Of a stretch of DNA of 64,000 nt, positions 23,301 to 37,300 are shown in pieces (positions within the stretch are counted from its first letter, which is position 1; the number at the start of each line of letters is the position of its first letter). The notes below the pieces were generated by a model. That model was not told where the DNA came from and made no database searches. It worked only from the letters and a program-made list of their open reading frames with translations. This DNA comes from Phoronis australis. Taxonomy: Eukaryota; Animalia; Phoronida. Made by a program: the position numbers and the translations under genes. The DNA lies in NCBI GenBank assembly GCA_002633005.1, contig NMRA01000269.1, forward strand, positions 283,169-347,168, in the 5' to 3' direction.

Positions 23301-26300
23301 TGTTGGCCTTACCATTCATGCGCACTGTAAATAAATATATAGTCCAGCACATGTTGGTAGTTTCAGTCTTGTAATAACGCCACCACCGAGTCACATGTGA
23401 TTTTGTAACTGCTATTTATACCTGGATTATACGCAAGCTTCAATTTGATTTTCACCTAAGCGCATTGTACCTGGCTAGACTTTTTGGTTGATTATTGCGG
23501 TAAGTGTTGATTCATTGGGAGATTTATTTTCAGTTATCTCTGTGTGCTGGAGCAGGCTTGACAGTTTAAAACTGATAGGAGGTTGGAGAGAGGCAACATA
23601 TGTTTCTGTACTAGGAAATGCGATCATGTTTTATGAATGGGTTATTTGTCCAAGATAACTTATCATTTTTGTGAGCCTGTGTTTTGAAGGCCGGTCAGGA
23701 AGGTAAGCTGTGCACAAACGATGATCAAAATTCTTCAACTTGGAACAAAAAAATAGCTAAAATTACCATTGTTCTGTTAAAATTGAAATGCAGTTTTACT
23801 TTGTTTCAAATGCTAAAAAATTGACTGGATGTCGTTTGATGACAGCCATACTCTACAAACCATGGTAGCAGGATACTAACATTTTTTAAAAAGTCAATTT
23901 TCATCTTGTTCTAAAATTTAACAAATCAAAAGTCTGCTTGTTCACCATTATGTTTCACAGACTGAAGGTTTTTCTGCAAAGACTTTTTGCAGCATTAACA
24001 ACGAGCAATTTTGCAATTTACCTAAATTAACTTTAACTGACCGCATCCGGTAAGAATTGTGTTCAATTAGTGTCGTACCATTTTAGCTTGAAGACGCATC
24101 ATGCCTATAACAGAACGTTTTTGTTTTGTAATTTGAAGGATTTTATCTGTGGCACTGCTGTCCTTTTTCAAATGTATCGCGGAATATCTGTTTAGTCATT
24201 AATGTCTGGTGGCATCGTAGATAAGGTAGTGGCTTGAAACCAAAATGATGAAAAAAGCAACACTCTTCACTTGAGTGTAAAATAATTAAAAGCACCTGTG
24301 TGTCTACTGCCATAAGGTTTTTGGAGCTGAGTACAACTAAGCAACCATAGTACAAATAGTATTGATTGAACGTGAGCCTCAAAATTCAGCGAATTAATAC
24401 AAAGAAAGTTTTTCGAGGCACACGCTTTTGATCGCACCGAAGCTTAGTTTCATTGTCTAAAACGCAAGGTTGCACATCCACAATATATCTATGATGCCTT
24501 CCGAAATTTACGAACCCATATCCATCCCACAATGCTTTTGAGGAAACAAAGATTAAATTTGTCCAAATTCACTGTGCAAAATGAAATTGACATCGATTTC
24601 CTCTCTCACCACTGAAAAACTGCTTGGTCTTTCTCAGTTTGAAATTAGAAACCAAATTCTAAACAATAGTTGTATTGACTTTGTGCAGAGAAAGGCTGTG
24701 TTGTAAGGTCAAGGTGGTTGTTTATTGTTAATCCTTGAAATAGGATCCTTGTTCCCCCCACCCTGGGGAAATTTGCAGCTTACTAGAACATTACTTTGAT
24801 CACAAAGGCTATCATGGACGTCCTTTATGGTGTACATGTGCGTTCTGGCAGACAGTTTCTTCTTTTTGCAGCTCGGGGTTCACCTATCTTTGTTCACTGG
24901 TGTTTTTATGACCTGGGCATAAAGGGACACATCACCTGCTCCTGTTTGTGAAACCTAGCCAGTCTTTTGTCCCCTGTTAACATGAGCTGGCTGCCTTGAT
25001 ACTTATGATGTTTGAAGCGTATGGGCACCTTGCCCAAAAGGCATTGACAATGTAGCGTCAACAGTGTCTTGAATGTGCTGACTGGCTAAGTCTCTCCCAT
25101 TCCAGAAATTTTAAAAAATGTGAAGTTCTATCGGTGCTTTCCAACAGAATGATTTGTGCTTGGTTTACAGTTGCTTTTCCCTTGTTGTTGTTAACATTGC
25201 TGATCTGTGTCTAGGCGTCAAGTTCACTGGGGACATCTTGCCCTTACTGCGAGATTTTGGGGTGCAAGATTATCTGGACAAAAATTGATCACAACTTGAC
25301 TGCTCTGTCGCAGTTTAAACCACACTGTTCAAATGTGGGTTGAGCAGTGACGGTACGTGAAAAAAATTATCTGTTTAGGCCGGTGCTAATTCTTAATTTA
25401 AGTTTGACATTTTTCAGTGTTATTGTCTGCTGCATGATGAAGCGGCCACTGAATTGTGGAACAGAAAAAATGTTGCAAATCTACGAAAAACGACATTATT
25501 AGTAGGGACTGTGACTTATGGTTTGTTGGCTCATGCTAGGATTTAGAGTTAATGATATTTGATAATTGATTGCTTGCAAAATGGTGGCAAAACAATCATT
25601 TTGTTAAAGTTATGACATGCGTTCTTTAGGACATTATGCATTATCTCACCATCTTGATTTGAAACTCAATCATCTGCCAAATTCAGGGTCGATATCAGTG
25701 TAGCGTGGAATGGACCTCATTACAAATTAACCTTCTACACGTATTTGATACCTGCCTATTCCTACCGTTAATTATCACATATCCGTCTAGCTTTTCACCT
25801 GTTCAAGTCTTTATGATCTTGCACAGGTGTTCACTAAAACACCTACACATTCTCTAAAAGAAGCTATCCATAAGTGAATCCTAGTTCCTTAACTTGAAGA
25901 CCGTACACTAGTTTCACTTAAGTGAAGAATGCCAGGAAAACACCAGCGTTCTAGCCAGACAAGATGTTCGTGAAGGAGTTAGTTTCGTCAGTAGTTAGTT
26001 TCTTTCCTCACCACTCGAGTCGCCTGAAAGCGAAATTTGATGTCGAAACACGTTCAGTCTTGTACATAAATTGATTTATGCGACGGTTCATGAAGGCCTC
26101 GTATCCCACCGCATGTGTGTTCTTCAAATTTGCGACATGGCTAAAGAAGTGTTAGTGAAAACGCCAGTAGTTTCGGGATAACCGAAATCTCCAGCAAAAG
26201 TAACACTTATAACCGTTCACGTGACTGGTGTTTTTTCTGGTACCAAAATTACCAGTAAAAACGCTTGCATATTAGTGAACGGGATGTTAGCCGTAAGGCT

Positions 26301-29300
26301 TGCCAGTCAGCTGGAACATCACCTAACAGAATGAATGCCAGTTGTCAAATCTTTTTCAAACTGACTTTTTTATGCAGTTTACACACACTTATTGAATTTT
26401 AGCTGAGGTGGATCATAAATTTTATATGGCCGTGGGTTTTAGTTAGCAGTCATTAGGTGTACGCTTCATCGGTTATTGAACTAGTTTCAGGGAATTCAAG
26501 CGTATGAGTTTTGAACATCTGTGACATCGAGAATGATTAGTGTAGCATGGCTGATCAATGGCTGTACTGATTATCTGCCTCCAGCCTGGGCGTAACGGCA
26601 GGATGGCTTCGGGTATCTATGGTGTAACTTCCCCAGCTGAAGAGTACAAAGAGTTTACTTGTAAATTTGGACAACTTTAATTGGTTGACTGGTCTGCAAG
26701 AGGCAAGCTGAAATGTCACTGAACTGTGGTTCACTTGTCTGGAATCCTGGAGAACAAGTTTTTATGCCGTCGTCATTTTTAGTTGGTTGCAGCATGGAGT
26801 CAATATTGTCTCTGTTGATGTTTTCTTTTGCTTCCTTACACCGCTTGTGTTTATCGTCACTTGCACTTTTCAAAGTATATTTATTTCTTGTAGTTTTATT
26901 ATTTTATCTCTGGAGAGCTCTTGTTGTGGACCTAAAACAATCACTCGATTAAATTGGTCAATTTGGCAAAGAAATGTAAATTTAAAGATGTTACATGTTT
27001 TCTTAAAGTTACTCAATCCGCTAGAAAAGTGTTTCTCGAGATTAGTCGCCAGATGATATTCAACTCATGACCTCTGTGGTCTCACTCCAATACTCTGCTA
27101 TCAGACTCATAACTAGCAGAGTGTTTTGAAATGTATTTATCTGATCAAGTTACCCTCCTGGATTTCGGTGAATGACATACAGCCAACGGCAATGCTGGTG
27201 ATTTGTAATAAAATTACAAAACAATAGATTTTATTGTTTTATAGCTCTTGTCAGAGCTTGTAAATTTAAGAAGTGTATCCCATCTGACAGTGATCCTAAA
27301 ATTGTGTTTTTTAGTTGTTAAACCGATCTACCGTATGTTTCTTTCAAGTAAACCTTGGGGATGATTTGCGTTTTGTCATCAACAAAACCATTTAGTTCTG
27401 ATATAAAATTCACAACACCTGTTGTTGTTTTTCTTTGGTTCTGTTTTTTATTCAATATTTTCGTGCAATGGTTTCAATCAGTCAACTTTAAAAGTGCTCG
27501 GTATTAGTTTTGACTTAGAGAACACGGGAGCAAAATGGCAACTGGCATTAGATCCAATACAGGGTATATGGTCTTACATATAAATATATGGCTGTTGCCT
27601 TGTATTGGGGGGTTATTGCATTTTTTAATATTCTCAATAATGCAATATTTTGCCTTTAAAGCCACGGCCTTGCATATCATGTTTCACATTAAGTTTGTGC
27701 AAAAAACTGTCAAAAGAGAAGTAAACGTGGCCAAAAATTCATACCGACAGGAACCCTGCTCTGAGTTGAGAATGCCCGAGACCTACATCTGCATAACATC
27801 ACAGTGTCTGCCTTGCACCTCTTAACATTGGGGTTCAGTGTCAACTACTTGGAGTATCTTGACAGCAGCTCAAATAATGTTAATACCAGCAGGAACTGTT
27901 GTATAAGGTAGAAAACTGAGATGAACCTGGTGGTATATGTATCCTAATATGTCTGATGGTATGATGCAATGCTTTTTCCAGTGTTTTCTAGGATTAACTC
28001 CAATAATTGTACTTATTTGTTAGAAATATTTAAAAAATGGTGATACTTTTACCAATGGCAAATAGGTTATATTGGCAACCTGCAGCGTGCGGGCCTCCGA
28101 ATCGAGCCCTGTTGCATTTTGCGTCATGACAAAAACGCTGCTCCAGGCGATCATGGTTTTAGCTAATAAATATCCATTGTCTCTCGAAACAGACGGCTGC
28201 CAACCATCCAAACCTATGCAATTTTTATCAATCGCCACCAATTAGCTCCATTGGGAATTGAGTAAATTGCAAATTCGTCCTCTTTTTTTGTCCATTTTGC
28301 TAACAATAATTAATGTTTTCTATGTTACAACGAGCAGCTTACTGTACATCTTCATACGGTAATAACTTTAATATTTATCTTGTGGTTGGTTATGCAAACA
28401 CCCAGTTCAACTGGTGCTTTTCCAGTTGACAGATAATTTCTCTGTCGGCTATCTGAAAATAGAACAGCAAAAAATAACAGCTCGTGACCAAATTGGGAAA
28501 GAGGGCTGATAATTTGCAGGCCGAGTTCTAAGCTTTTACTTACTCTCATTATGCACACCTTTCAAGACGTGGAAACTGAGAAACTGAAAAAAGATCACGA
28601 GTTTGACATCAAAACGAAATTTGCAATAAGTAGGGGATGTAAATTATAACTTGCTGAGATAGACCATCTTTTATCCTATGACGTAATAATATGATCATTT
28701 CTGCTCTGGTTAATTCCATACATCGGCGAGTGTTTGCTGGTCACCTTTGACTTCCAATGGCACAGTTCCGAGTGTCTCATTTGAAGTGGGGGGCACAACT
28801 GTTTTGATGGTACACACAGTAAAAAAACAGATTCCTGGTGTGACCAAAAAGGCATAGTGGATTTGGGTCTTTGTTTTTTTTTTGAAAATGGAGTTGGTGT
28901 GGGCAATTATTTGTTTGCTCTACGGAGACTAGCAAAAATGATTTACCGGTATTGTTTCTACTCACCACTTGGCAAATCATGACATTCCAAACTATGCTTA
29001 CCCTCACTCATGTTCCTTTGTACATGGTACCTTTGCTGAAATTGATGGGACGTATTTTTTTTAGTTTAAGCCCAGGTCTCGAAAGGAGTCTGTGTGCAGA
29101 TCAGAACCACATCCGTTTTTTTGGCCTTATCTTGGATAGACCACTTTATGTGTTGGCTACTGTTCACATAGTGTGCATTTACTGTCCAGATAAGCATGTA
29201 ATGATGTGATGTGGGAAGGCCCAGCAAAAAGGCCCCCCCCCCGTCGTACCTTGATTGAGCTTCGTCATGCTTACCATTGAACACATTTCGTCATTCATGT

Positions 29301-30896
29301 TTCACTCACTGGAAGTGACTATATAACCAGGATATGGACCTTTGGTAGGAGTTAAACGGCACTGCTTCTCGTGGATAGTAAATACATGTCAAGAGAACAG
29401 CAATTTTAACTGGGAAATCTCATCTCTGAGATAATCAGGGATCTGTATCAAAAGGTTGCCCTCCCTATTTAGCTTGATGTTATGGCTATCTGTCACTCAA
29501 GAATACAACTCTTGATGTATGCACCATGCGTATCTGACTAGTGTTATCAGTGATACACCAGTCATTGTCGTAAGATAGATCTCCTGAGTATGCATGCTGT
29601 GATCGAAGTCAGGTGATTCATGCAGTTTCAGTTTGTTGTCACATGGGACATCATGACATCATGACATCATGACACCAACCATGTCTGCAGGTAATAGGAA
29701 ACTATTGGGCATGACTCTGCTCATGTGTTTGAATCCATATTCAAATCCTGACGTGTTTTTCTAGTGCGTTATTGTTGTGTTTTACGGATTTGTTTGTTTG
29801 CCATACATCAGAGGTACCCATCGAGGTGTTGTAGTCGCGAATATAAAAGTGTTTCATTGATGTCCAACTGTAATGGTGTTAGTTAGTTACTACTCGGTCT
29901 CCATGGATTGATTTTCTGGTCATTTGCTTGAATCGTAAAATGTTGACCTGAAAATTACACCTTATGCCTCCTGTAGGAAAAACATGACCTTTCTCACTCA
30001 GCACTGTTCAATGTGAAATGTCTCAATTATGCTCTTAGTCTACTCATCTTTGTTGGTCATGTTTTGAATTGGCTTTTGATACTGATATTTAGGATGATTT
30101 AGGATTCGGACCAGCCTCACGTTTTGAATTGATTACTAATGTCATACTGGCGCATTTGAACACGCATAATGGTGAAGTCATGTAGGAGGTGTCTGCTTCA
30201 AGTGGCTAATTGGTCATATATTAAGAACCATCCACGTGATATGGCATCTTCAGGGCATGCAAGCCAAGTTTGTCTGAGGACATTACTTGAAAATTAATTT
30301 GGTCGAGATGTTGACATGTTTTTTTCATATTAAGCTAGGGCGTGGTGAGTTTTGATTATTGCTGCATTTTAATTTTGGTTTTTGCATGCTGAAGGGTTAA
30401 GTGATATTCTAGCAGTAAATTTATTCGTGTGATCTGTATAGATAACACGTAAAATTTAATGGTATTGGCATGCAGCAATAAATTTGAAATAAAATTTGAA
30501 ATACCAAGTGGACCAGTATCCACGTGGGACATTGTGAATGAATCTCGCAGAACTGGTTGGCGCCGTTGTCTTCCAGGATGGTGCCATTCAGCTTTGACGC
30601 TTATGATTTTTTGGTCTTGTCCAACCCTGAGAGTCAATCGTATTGCCATCTGTGGTTGTACACATGGTGTTCATTACCTTGTTATCTGTGCTAATTGGCC
30701 CTAGGGTATCACCCCCACTGCTCACCAGATGGGAAGCCCATTCATGATTTATAACAGGCTACCACTCTCTGACCAACAGCCTTGCCATCAGATGAGGCTA
30801 TCTTTTTCGTCTAGACATTTTCAGTAGCGTTGAGTTCACTGATCCTGGTGAGGACTTGGAAGTGCAAATCTTCTTGTCAGTTTGGTGGCTGTGTGT

Positions 30897-31090
30897 CAGG
30901 GCTTGGAATTTTCCTCTTTTAATTATTATTACTCGTTTTCCTTTTTTGGTTTCGATTTCCTCTTATTTGAGTTCCAGTTCCCTTTTTAGTCTCTTTTTTA
31001 TCATTGTTTTGACTTTTTTCATGCAAAAGGAGTTTATTTCAGTTAAATTTTACACACATGCCATTTGTGGAACTACGTCACCGGCGTGAT
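30897..31090. mobile_element. Truncated MITE with family-B TIR but different pyrimidine-rich body
   Basis: Starts CAGGGCTTGGAATTTT; body gatttcctcttattt...tcatgcaaaa shared with 40111-40366. Confidence 0.6.
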
Positions 31091-31581
31091 TGTCTGAGGT
31101 CTTGCGAGAGCTTGCTTTTTATACAAGAAACTTGGTCTAAGGACCTTTCTCTTGTTGATGGTGCTTAATGTTTGTCCACCAAATACTTAATTGCCGTCTA
31201 GCAATGGAATGAAGTGTTGACGTAGAATTAAGAGGGTAAGTCTTTGCATCCTATAGGATTCGTTGTGTCTCGGAATGGGCTCGTGGACATATCATTGTGT
31301 ATCATATGTTGGGAAGTATTCAATAGTAGTCTGTTTTATTAACGAAACAAGATCTGTGCAGTTTGAGGTAAAAAAAATCAAAATGAAGCTATCTTTCACC
31401 AAATTACATGACAAATCAGACATAAGCACTTGGCAAAACTTGGGTCTTTGCTATTTGTACGACACAAGTTTCCTCAAAAGGTAGTGATTTTCTTTTTTCC
31501 TGCAGAGTATGTAGATCAAAATTATTATGCTCAGTAGTATATTGTAGGCGTATTTAAATGAGTATTCTACAGTATACTGGC

Positions 31582-31723
31582 CAGGGCTCGACGTTATTAA
31601 AATCGCCAGGTCGCATTTTGCGACCTAGCCAAAATCCCAGGTTGCATTTTCAAAATCCAGCTCGCATTCGTAAATGCCAGGTCGCAAAATTTTCCCGCCA
31701 TTTTTACGCGCCAAAATAGATTT
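31582..31723. mobile_element. 5' end of a CAGGG-terminated DNA element truncated by an assembly gap
   Basis: CAGGGCTCGAC start; repeated ccaggtcgca-like subterminal motifs; ends at n 31724. Confidence 0.7.
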
Positions 31724-34227
31724 NTAGACTATTTAAATGAGTATTCTACAGTATACTGGCAAGTTTACAAAGCCTATAACTGCTGTGAGGCAGTATCAAA
31801 TTGTGGTCAATGACTGCTTTATGAGCTGTGTTGTCATCAGCAGCTGGAGATGACCTCAGATAGAGAGGTCAGATCCTAGAAAAGACTGGTGTTAATTTGT
31901 GTCATGACTCATCCAGGGTCAGAGTGGAACTTTAAATTCCTAATTGATGTACATTAACACTAATAGGCTCTGGTCATTTAAGTGCAACTGATATGATAAA
32001 GCTTTCCAATTTTGGGAAGCTCTGTGTACATTATGTTGCTGGTAGAGTATTGAGTGTGGGCTGCTCATTGTAATAAGAGACCCCAGTCAGTCATTGATTT
32101 TGGCTGCTGGTTGTTGTTTCTTAGAAAAAACACCTTACCCAGCACTTTGACCTTCTTAAAGTTTGGTTTAGTAGGAGGACTATAGTAAACTGCTTCAATT
32201 TACCACACAAGATGGCAGTCTTATGGAACCCGAAATTTATTTTGTCAAATTTCTCGGCAAAACTAAAAGTTGAGAAAAACGTCATCTTCGTCAATAGCAA
32301 AAATTGCACTGTACTCGGTATTGGAGAATTGAAAAATGAAATTTTGGCAATTGTTTTTGTGCAAAATTGAAGAGAGATTATCATATATGACTTTTTGAGT
32401 GCATTTACAGCTGTGTGGGACTGCTCGGAGCTGCTTGGTTGATTTTCAGTTAGGTGACATCATATAGGGTGATGTATTGAACAATAAGATGATGATGCGT
32501 TCTGTGACCTTCCCTGCAGGTGTCGTGTGACCCCCCATGTACTTCATGAACTCGAGTTTGTGGTTCGACCTTCAGTGCAACAGTTTGTTTTTATTGTTTT
32601 GAAATTTTGGTGTCAGTTGTTTGTTATACTTTTTCGGGTTTTGAGAAAAGGACTTGAACCAAGAGTAAACAACAACAGAAACACGTATTGCGGATGTGGG
32701 ACCTAATCTTTTTAGTTAAATATCTCCAAAACGTAGAATTCAGTTACAAAAAGTATATAATTTCTGAAGGTAAAAAGCCTATGCAGATTTAGATTAGTGA
32801 CTTTATGCCAATCTGCCATTAACTGAGTCGTGGGACCTTTCGTTCCCATTTACCTAACTAGAAAGGTATATTTAATGTAAAACAAGGGTGTAGATAACAT
32901 GATCAAATTTCTTTTCTTGAGAATGTTCAAGATGTATCTCGAAATTACTGTTTTTGTTTTTCTAAATTATCCTTTGGTTTCGTTTACGCGACTATTGAAC
33001 TTTATCATAAAAACCCTGAAGGACTCAATTTTTGATAGCCTCTCATCTCGAAAGCGATATTGCTGACCCAGACAAGAAAATAACAAGGGGGCTCATTGTG
33101 AATCACACAATAGTCTCAAAATTACCCTTGTCATGCTAAATGTTGGTTTCTACCATCAAGTGCATTGAAAGAGTGTATGTGATTGATTGAGGCCTGTCAA
33201 AAGTCGTTGTTTACTGACAGATGCCCTGAATGATCTTATTGGAGATCTTTTTCTGTGGTGGCATGGAAAAGTTTGAGGCTCACATTTTGTTGTTAAATAT
33301 CTTGCTGCCGTGGTCTAATCGAACTCAAAATTATTTTGACAGTTTCCATTCTGTTTTTTTGTGCAAACTCGGGAGATGTGTCTTAGTATTCTTTGCTAAA
33401 GTAAGATTTAGGTGAACGATTGGCTGCTCCTAGTTTGCACTGGATGACCCCAGCGTTAATTTACTTAAAGCTATGAGTTTGAGTGTGAACAAGATTAGAA
33501 CGAAAAATGAAAAAAAATATAGCTTCCGAGTTAGATTAGACCTTGGGGCCCCCTGGTTTATAATTCGTGCTGTAGGTAGTGAATGAGAGGGAAATGACTG
33601 TTCAATTTTGGTTGTCACAACAATATACCGTACTAAAATTTTTCTTCACCGCACACATGTTGTTGTATGGGTCATTTTTTCCTGCCACCTCATTCATTAC
33701 TTATATAGAAGCTCTTGTTTATTTGGAAACAGTGAGCTAGCTTAAAATCAATAATAAACTTTTTGACCCTGAGGGCTTGCATCTGGATTAATAACTTATT
33801 AGAAAAAAACTCCTTTGAATATCTGCACAATACATTTTGTTGTTATTGGCTTAGTACATACCTCTATGTATGGTTAGCGCACGTGGCCAGCATTGTGCCG
33901 CAAGTCAGGTGCAATGAATTAAGTTACCTGTATCTTGCCTCGTTTTCACCCCGTTGTGCACCTTGACATTTATGGTGGCGTCATCAAGGAGTGGACAAAG
34001 GTTTTTAATTGTGAAAGTGGTTTACTTGGGGTGAAAGTTGTGAAGTCTTACATTTTCCACAGTATATTGTTCAGGTTTGTACTGCAATCTTTTGTTCATA
34101 TCAGTTGATGATGCTAGTGTTTTCCACTCCATTAGTTGACTTGTTTGTATTAGAAGTATGTGATTATTCCTAAATAAAGTGTCCATAAACCTCCATTCTG
34201 TCCAAGAAACAAATGTATGCTTTAGAT

Positions 34228-34385
34228 CAGTGGCGGATTTAAGGGGGGGTTAGGGGGCTATGCCCCTCCTAAAATTCTCCCAGATTCCATTTGGCAGTTC
34301 GGGGGTGCAAATGTCTGATGGGCAAATTCCTGGCTAATACTCTGCCTTGCCCCCCTCCCAACTGGAAATCCTGGATCCGCCTCTG
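34228..34385. mobile_element. MITE family A copy 3, 5-bp TSD TAGAT
   Basis: CAGTGGCGGATTTAAG...CTGGATCCGCCTCTG; tagat on both flanks. Confidence 0.9.
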
Positions 34386-37300
34386 TAGATCACTTACCGC
34401 TATAAAATGGGGTCTTGATTCATCCCTTACTCAGGTTCCGAGTTTGCAAAGAATTGGAAGTTTTTTATTCTTTGAGACAATGCCCAGCGCATAAATTGAC
34501 ACGCCGTGTAAAGCCAACTTACAGAGCCTTATCTCAAAGCAATGGGGAACTTATAGTTCTACTGAAGTACTAATATCATCTCCATTTTGACAAAGGAAAA
34601 ATTTTGAGACCAATTCCACAACGATAAGTGGGTTTTTAAAAAATTGCCCTAAGTTGGTTTTTGTGGTGGAAGGCTGTTTTATAGTCGCTTCAAGTGATTG
34701 ATATGGATCTGTTCATTTTTGGCATATTTTGAAATTTCATTTAATGAGAGTTGTGCGCAGGTGTCACCCCACATATATCTCAATGGTGCTGAGTGTTTTT
34801 GGCGCCATGCGTTGCGATCAGGCCATGACAAACATAGCTCATTAACTACAATCCTTTCCGAAGTGATAAGTGTAATTTTAGCTTGGACTGCTCAGAAATA
34901 ACCCAAGTGTTGAGCTAGAACTAGACTCAGGCCCTAGGACGTTGGGAAAGAATATCAGACATCTTGAGAGGTATTAGTGGCTGTGAGTCTAGGCTTACAG
35001 ATCATTGGTCAAATTCTCGCCAAAAAGAAGGGTTTCTTATGATGTACAATATCCCGTCACATCCATGTTGTTTTCTTTCAAGCTCAAATTGCATTTAAGT
35101 AATTGTTGTCAAAAGATCCGGTTTGGTTCCGTGGTTCGTATTTCATGCGATGTCCTAAAGAACTGTAACAAGGCTAGACTCCCAGGGTATGTTTACTCTG
35201 TCTGCCGTCTTCAATACATTTTTTTTGCTGTCCTGGCTATCAAATAATTTGTAGCCCAACAGTTTTCATGACTTGCTTGCCTGGGGATAAATTGCCCCTG
35301 CTTGATAAGTCCCTCGTCTCCTAGTTCTGAACCGCCATGCAGACTGATAGTTATCACCTGTAGGTATAGAGATTCTGGTTTTCCACGGTAATGGAAAATG
35401 GATGGAATTCTCGGAATTTGATTTCTTTCACGGAGTTAAAGTTTTCAAATATAATTTACACAATAAATATTTCAGTTGCAGATCCCTTAGGTCTTATGTT
35501 CTTGGTTCAAAGTTGATTTATTCTGGCCACAAACTGATGGATGATAGTTTTGCAGCAGACATGGTTAAGTAGTTCATTCTTTCTGAAGGTGGCGTTAATT
35601 ACCGGTAAAATGTAGCTAAGGCAATTTCCTGGTCATTTTAGTGGTATTTATCACTTTGAAATAATAAATCGTAATTTGCTAATTTACAAAACAAAAAACC
35701 GGAATTTCTTGATTCTGTTGTAAAAAATGTAAAATCACGCTGTGTATAGGTAGTGTTTGTTGGCCTCGGAGGGACAGCCAAGGGCCTAGAAAGATTTTGA
35801 AAGCACAGTTTTGTCATCATTGTCTGAGTATGTTTTTCTTACTTAGTTGGTAAGATTGAGTAAATAAATAATAATAAATAAAGAATTTTTGTTGTTATGG
35901 TTGTTATAGTAAAAATGTTAGGGTAAAAATGTTTGTGGAGAACAGAAGAGTAGAATTTCGCCTCTCGGCAAAAATAAAATTAAAACTTGGGCTGCCTTCA
36001 TTGCTAGTTTTGTTTAGCACTGTACAATTGTTGTTTTTAATGTTTGCTATGGATTATACAATTTTTAATAAACAAGGTTTAGCCCTGAAAGTAGCACATT
36101 ACACAGTTTGGTAAAACCTTGCATTTCTGCACTGATTTATTTGATTGAATTTCCAAGAATTGCAACTTTGCCAGCTCTGTTTACAAATTTGAAGAATTAC
36201 TATTGCATTTTGCGAATGTAAGTCTTTTGAATTGCAAATAAAGGAAATTTATCAATTTTTATAGCTTTGTTTTGGAGGCACTTTATGATTTCCTCGTGCT
36301 CAGGAAACAGGGTAGCCAAGAAGCATACAGGTAGTTTTGGTTTGGTGCAAGTGTGACAATGAACCCTTACATGGTGTCCCTTTAAATACTGCTATAGCTT
36401 ATTTCCAATGCTTTGTTCTTTTGAGTTTGTATAACAAATTTGATATCAAATATACAATTGGGAATTTTGTTGGCTCAATCAACATATAAAATGCTTAATA
36501 TGGGTAGAACTAAAGGTCATTGCTGGTTTACACAACAGCCTGATGGCGTTAATAGTGTCAGTGAGCCATTGAAATGACTTTTTTATTGCTCTGAGATTAA
36601 AATCCCCCTTGGCTCTAGTGACCCCAACTATAGTTCATTTGGTAACAAGCTTTTGGAGCAAACATCTGCTGACAGCATGTAACAATACATATTAACTCTG
36701 CAAAAGGTTCTTGACTTTGAATTATGCGTGCCATTGAAGACTGTTCATAGAGATTCGATAAAAATGGGTGACTGTGTGTCTGTAACACTTAACAAGATCT
36801 ATCTACGTACCAGAGTTCAGAAGAATCCTTTGAAGGACTGTGAAATAGAGCTAAGTGATAATTTGAAAAATGGCCGTCTCAGTGCCATCTTGTTCCTATT
36901 TTGACCTAAAGCAATAGGCCTTGAGCTATTAATGAGTTAATGTTTCGATTGTAAATTTCTTACTGATTGGACAAGAAATGCGATCCGCAAGCTACGTACA
37001 AACAGGTGATATAGTTGGCAAGATTTTATTTCGCCGTGTAATGAGACTGATTCGATAATGGTAAGATGCCTTAATGAAGAGTTGTTTTTTGACCATTTAG
37101 GGGCAGCTACAAAATACAACCAATTGCAGGTGGATACTATATACTGACCATCTTTGCATGTTCTTCTTTAAAGTGTGGAAGGTAATATGTCATTGGACAA
37201 TGCGGTAGACATTCCTCAAAACGTGAGAAAAAGCAAGGAAAAACTTTTTGAATAATTAAATTTTATTAAAATACGTTTGATTTTCCAAAAGAATTATCTT

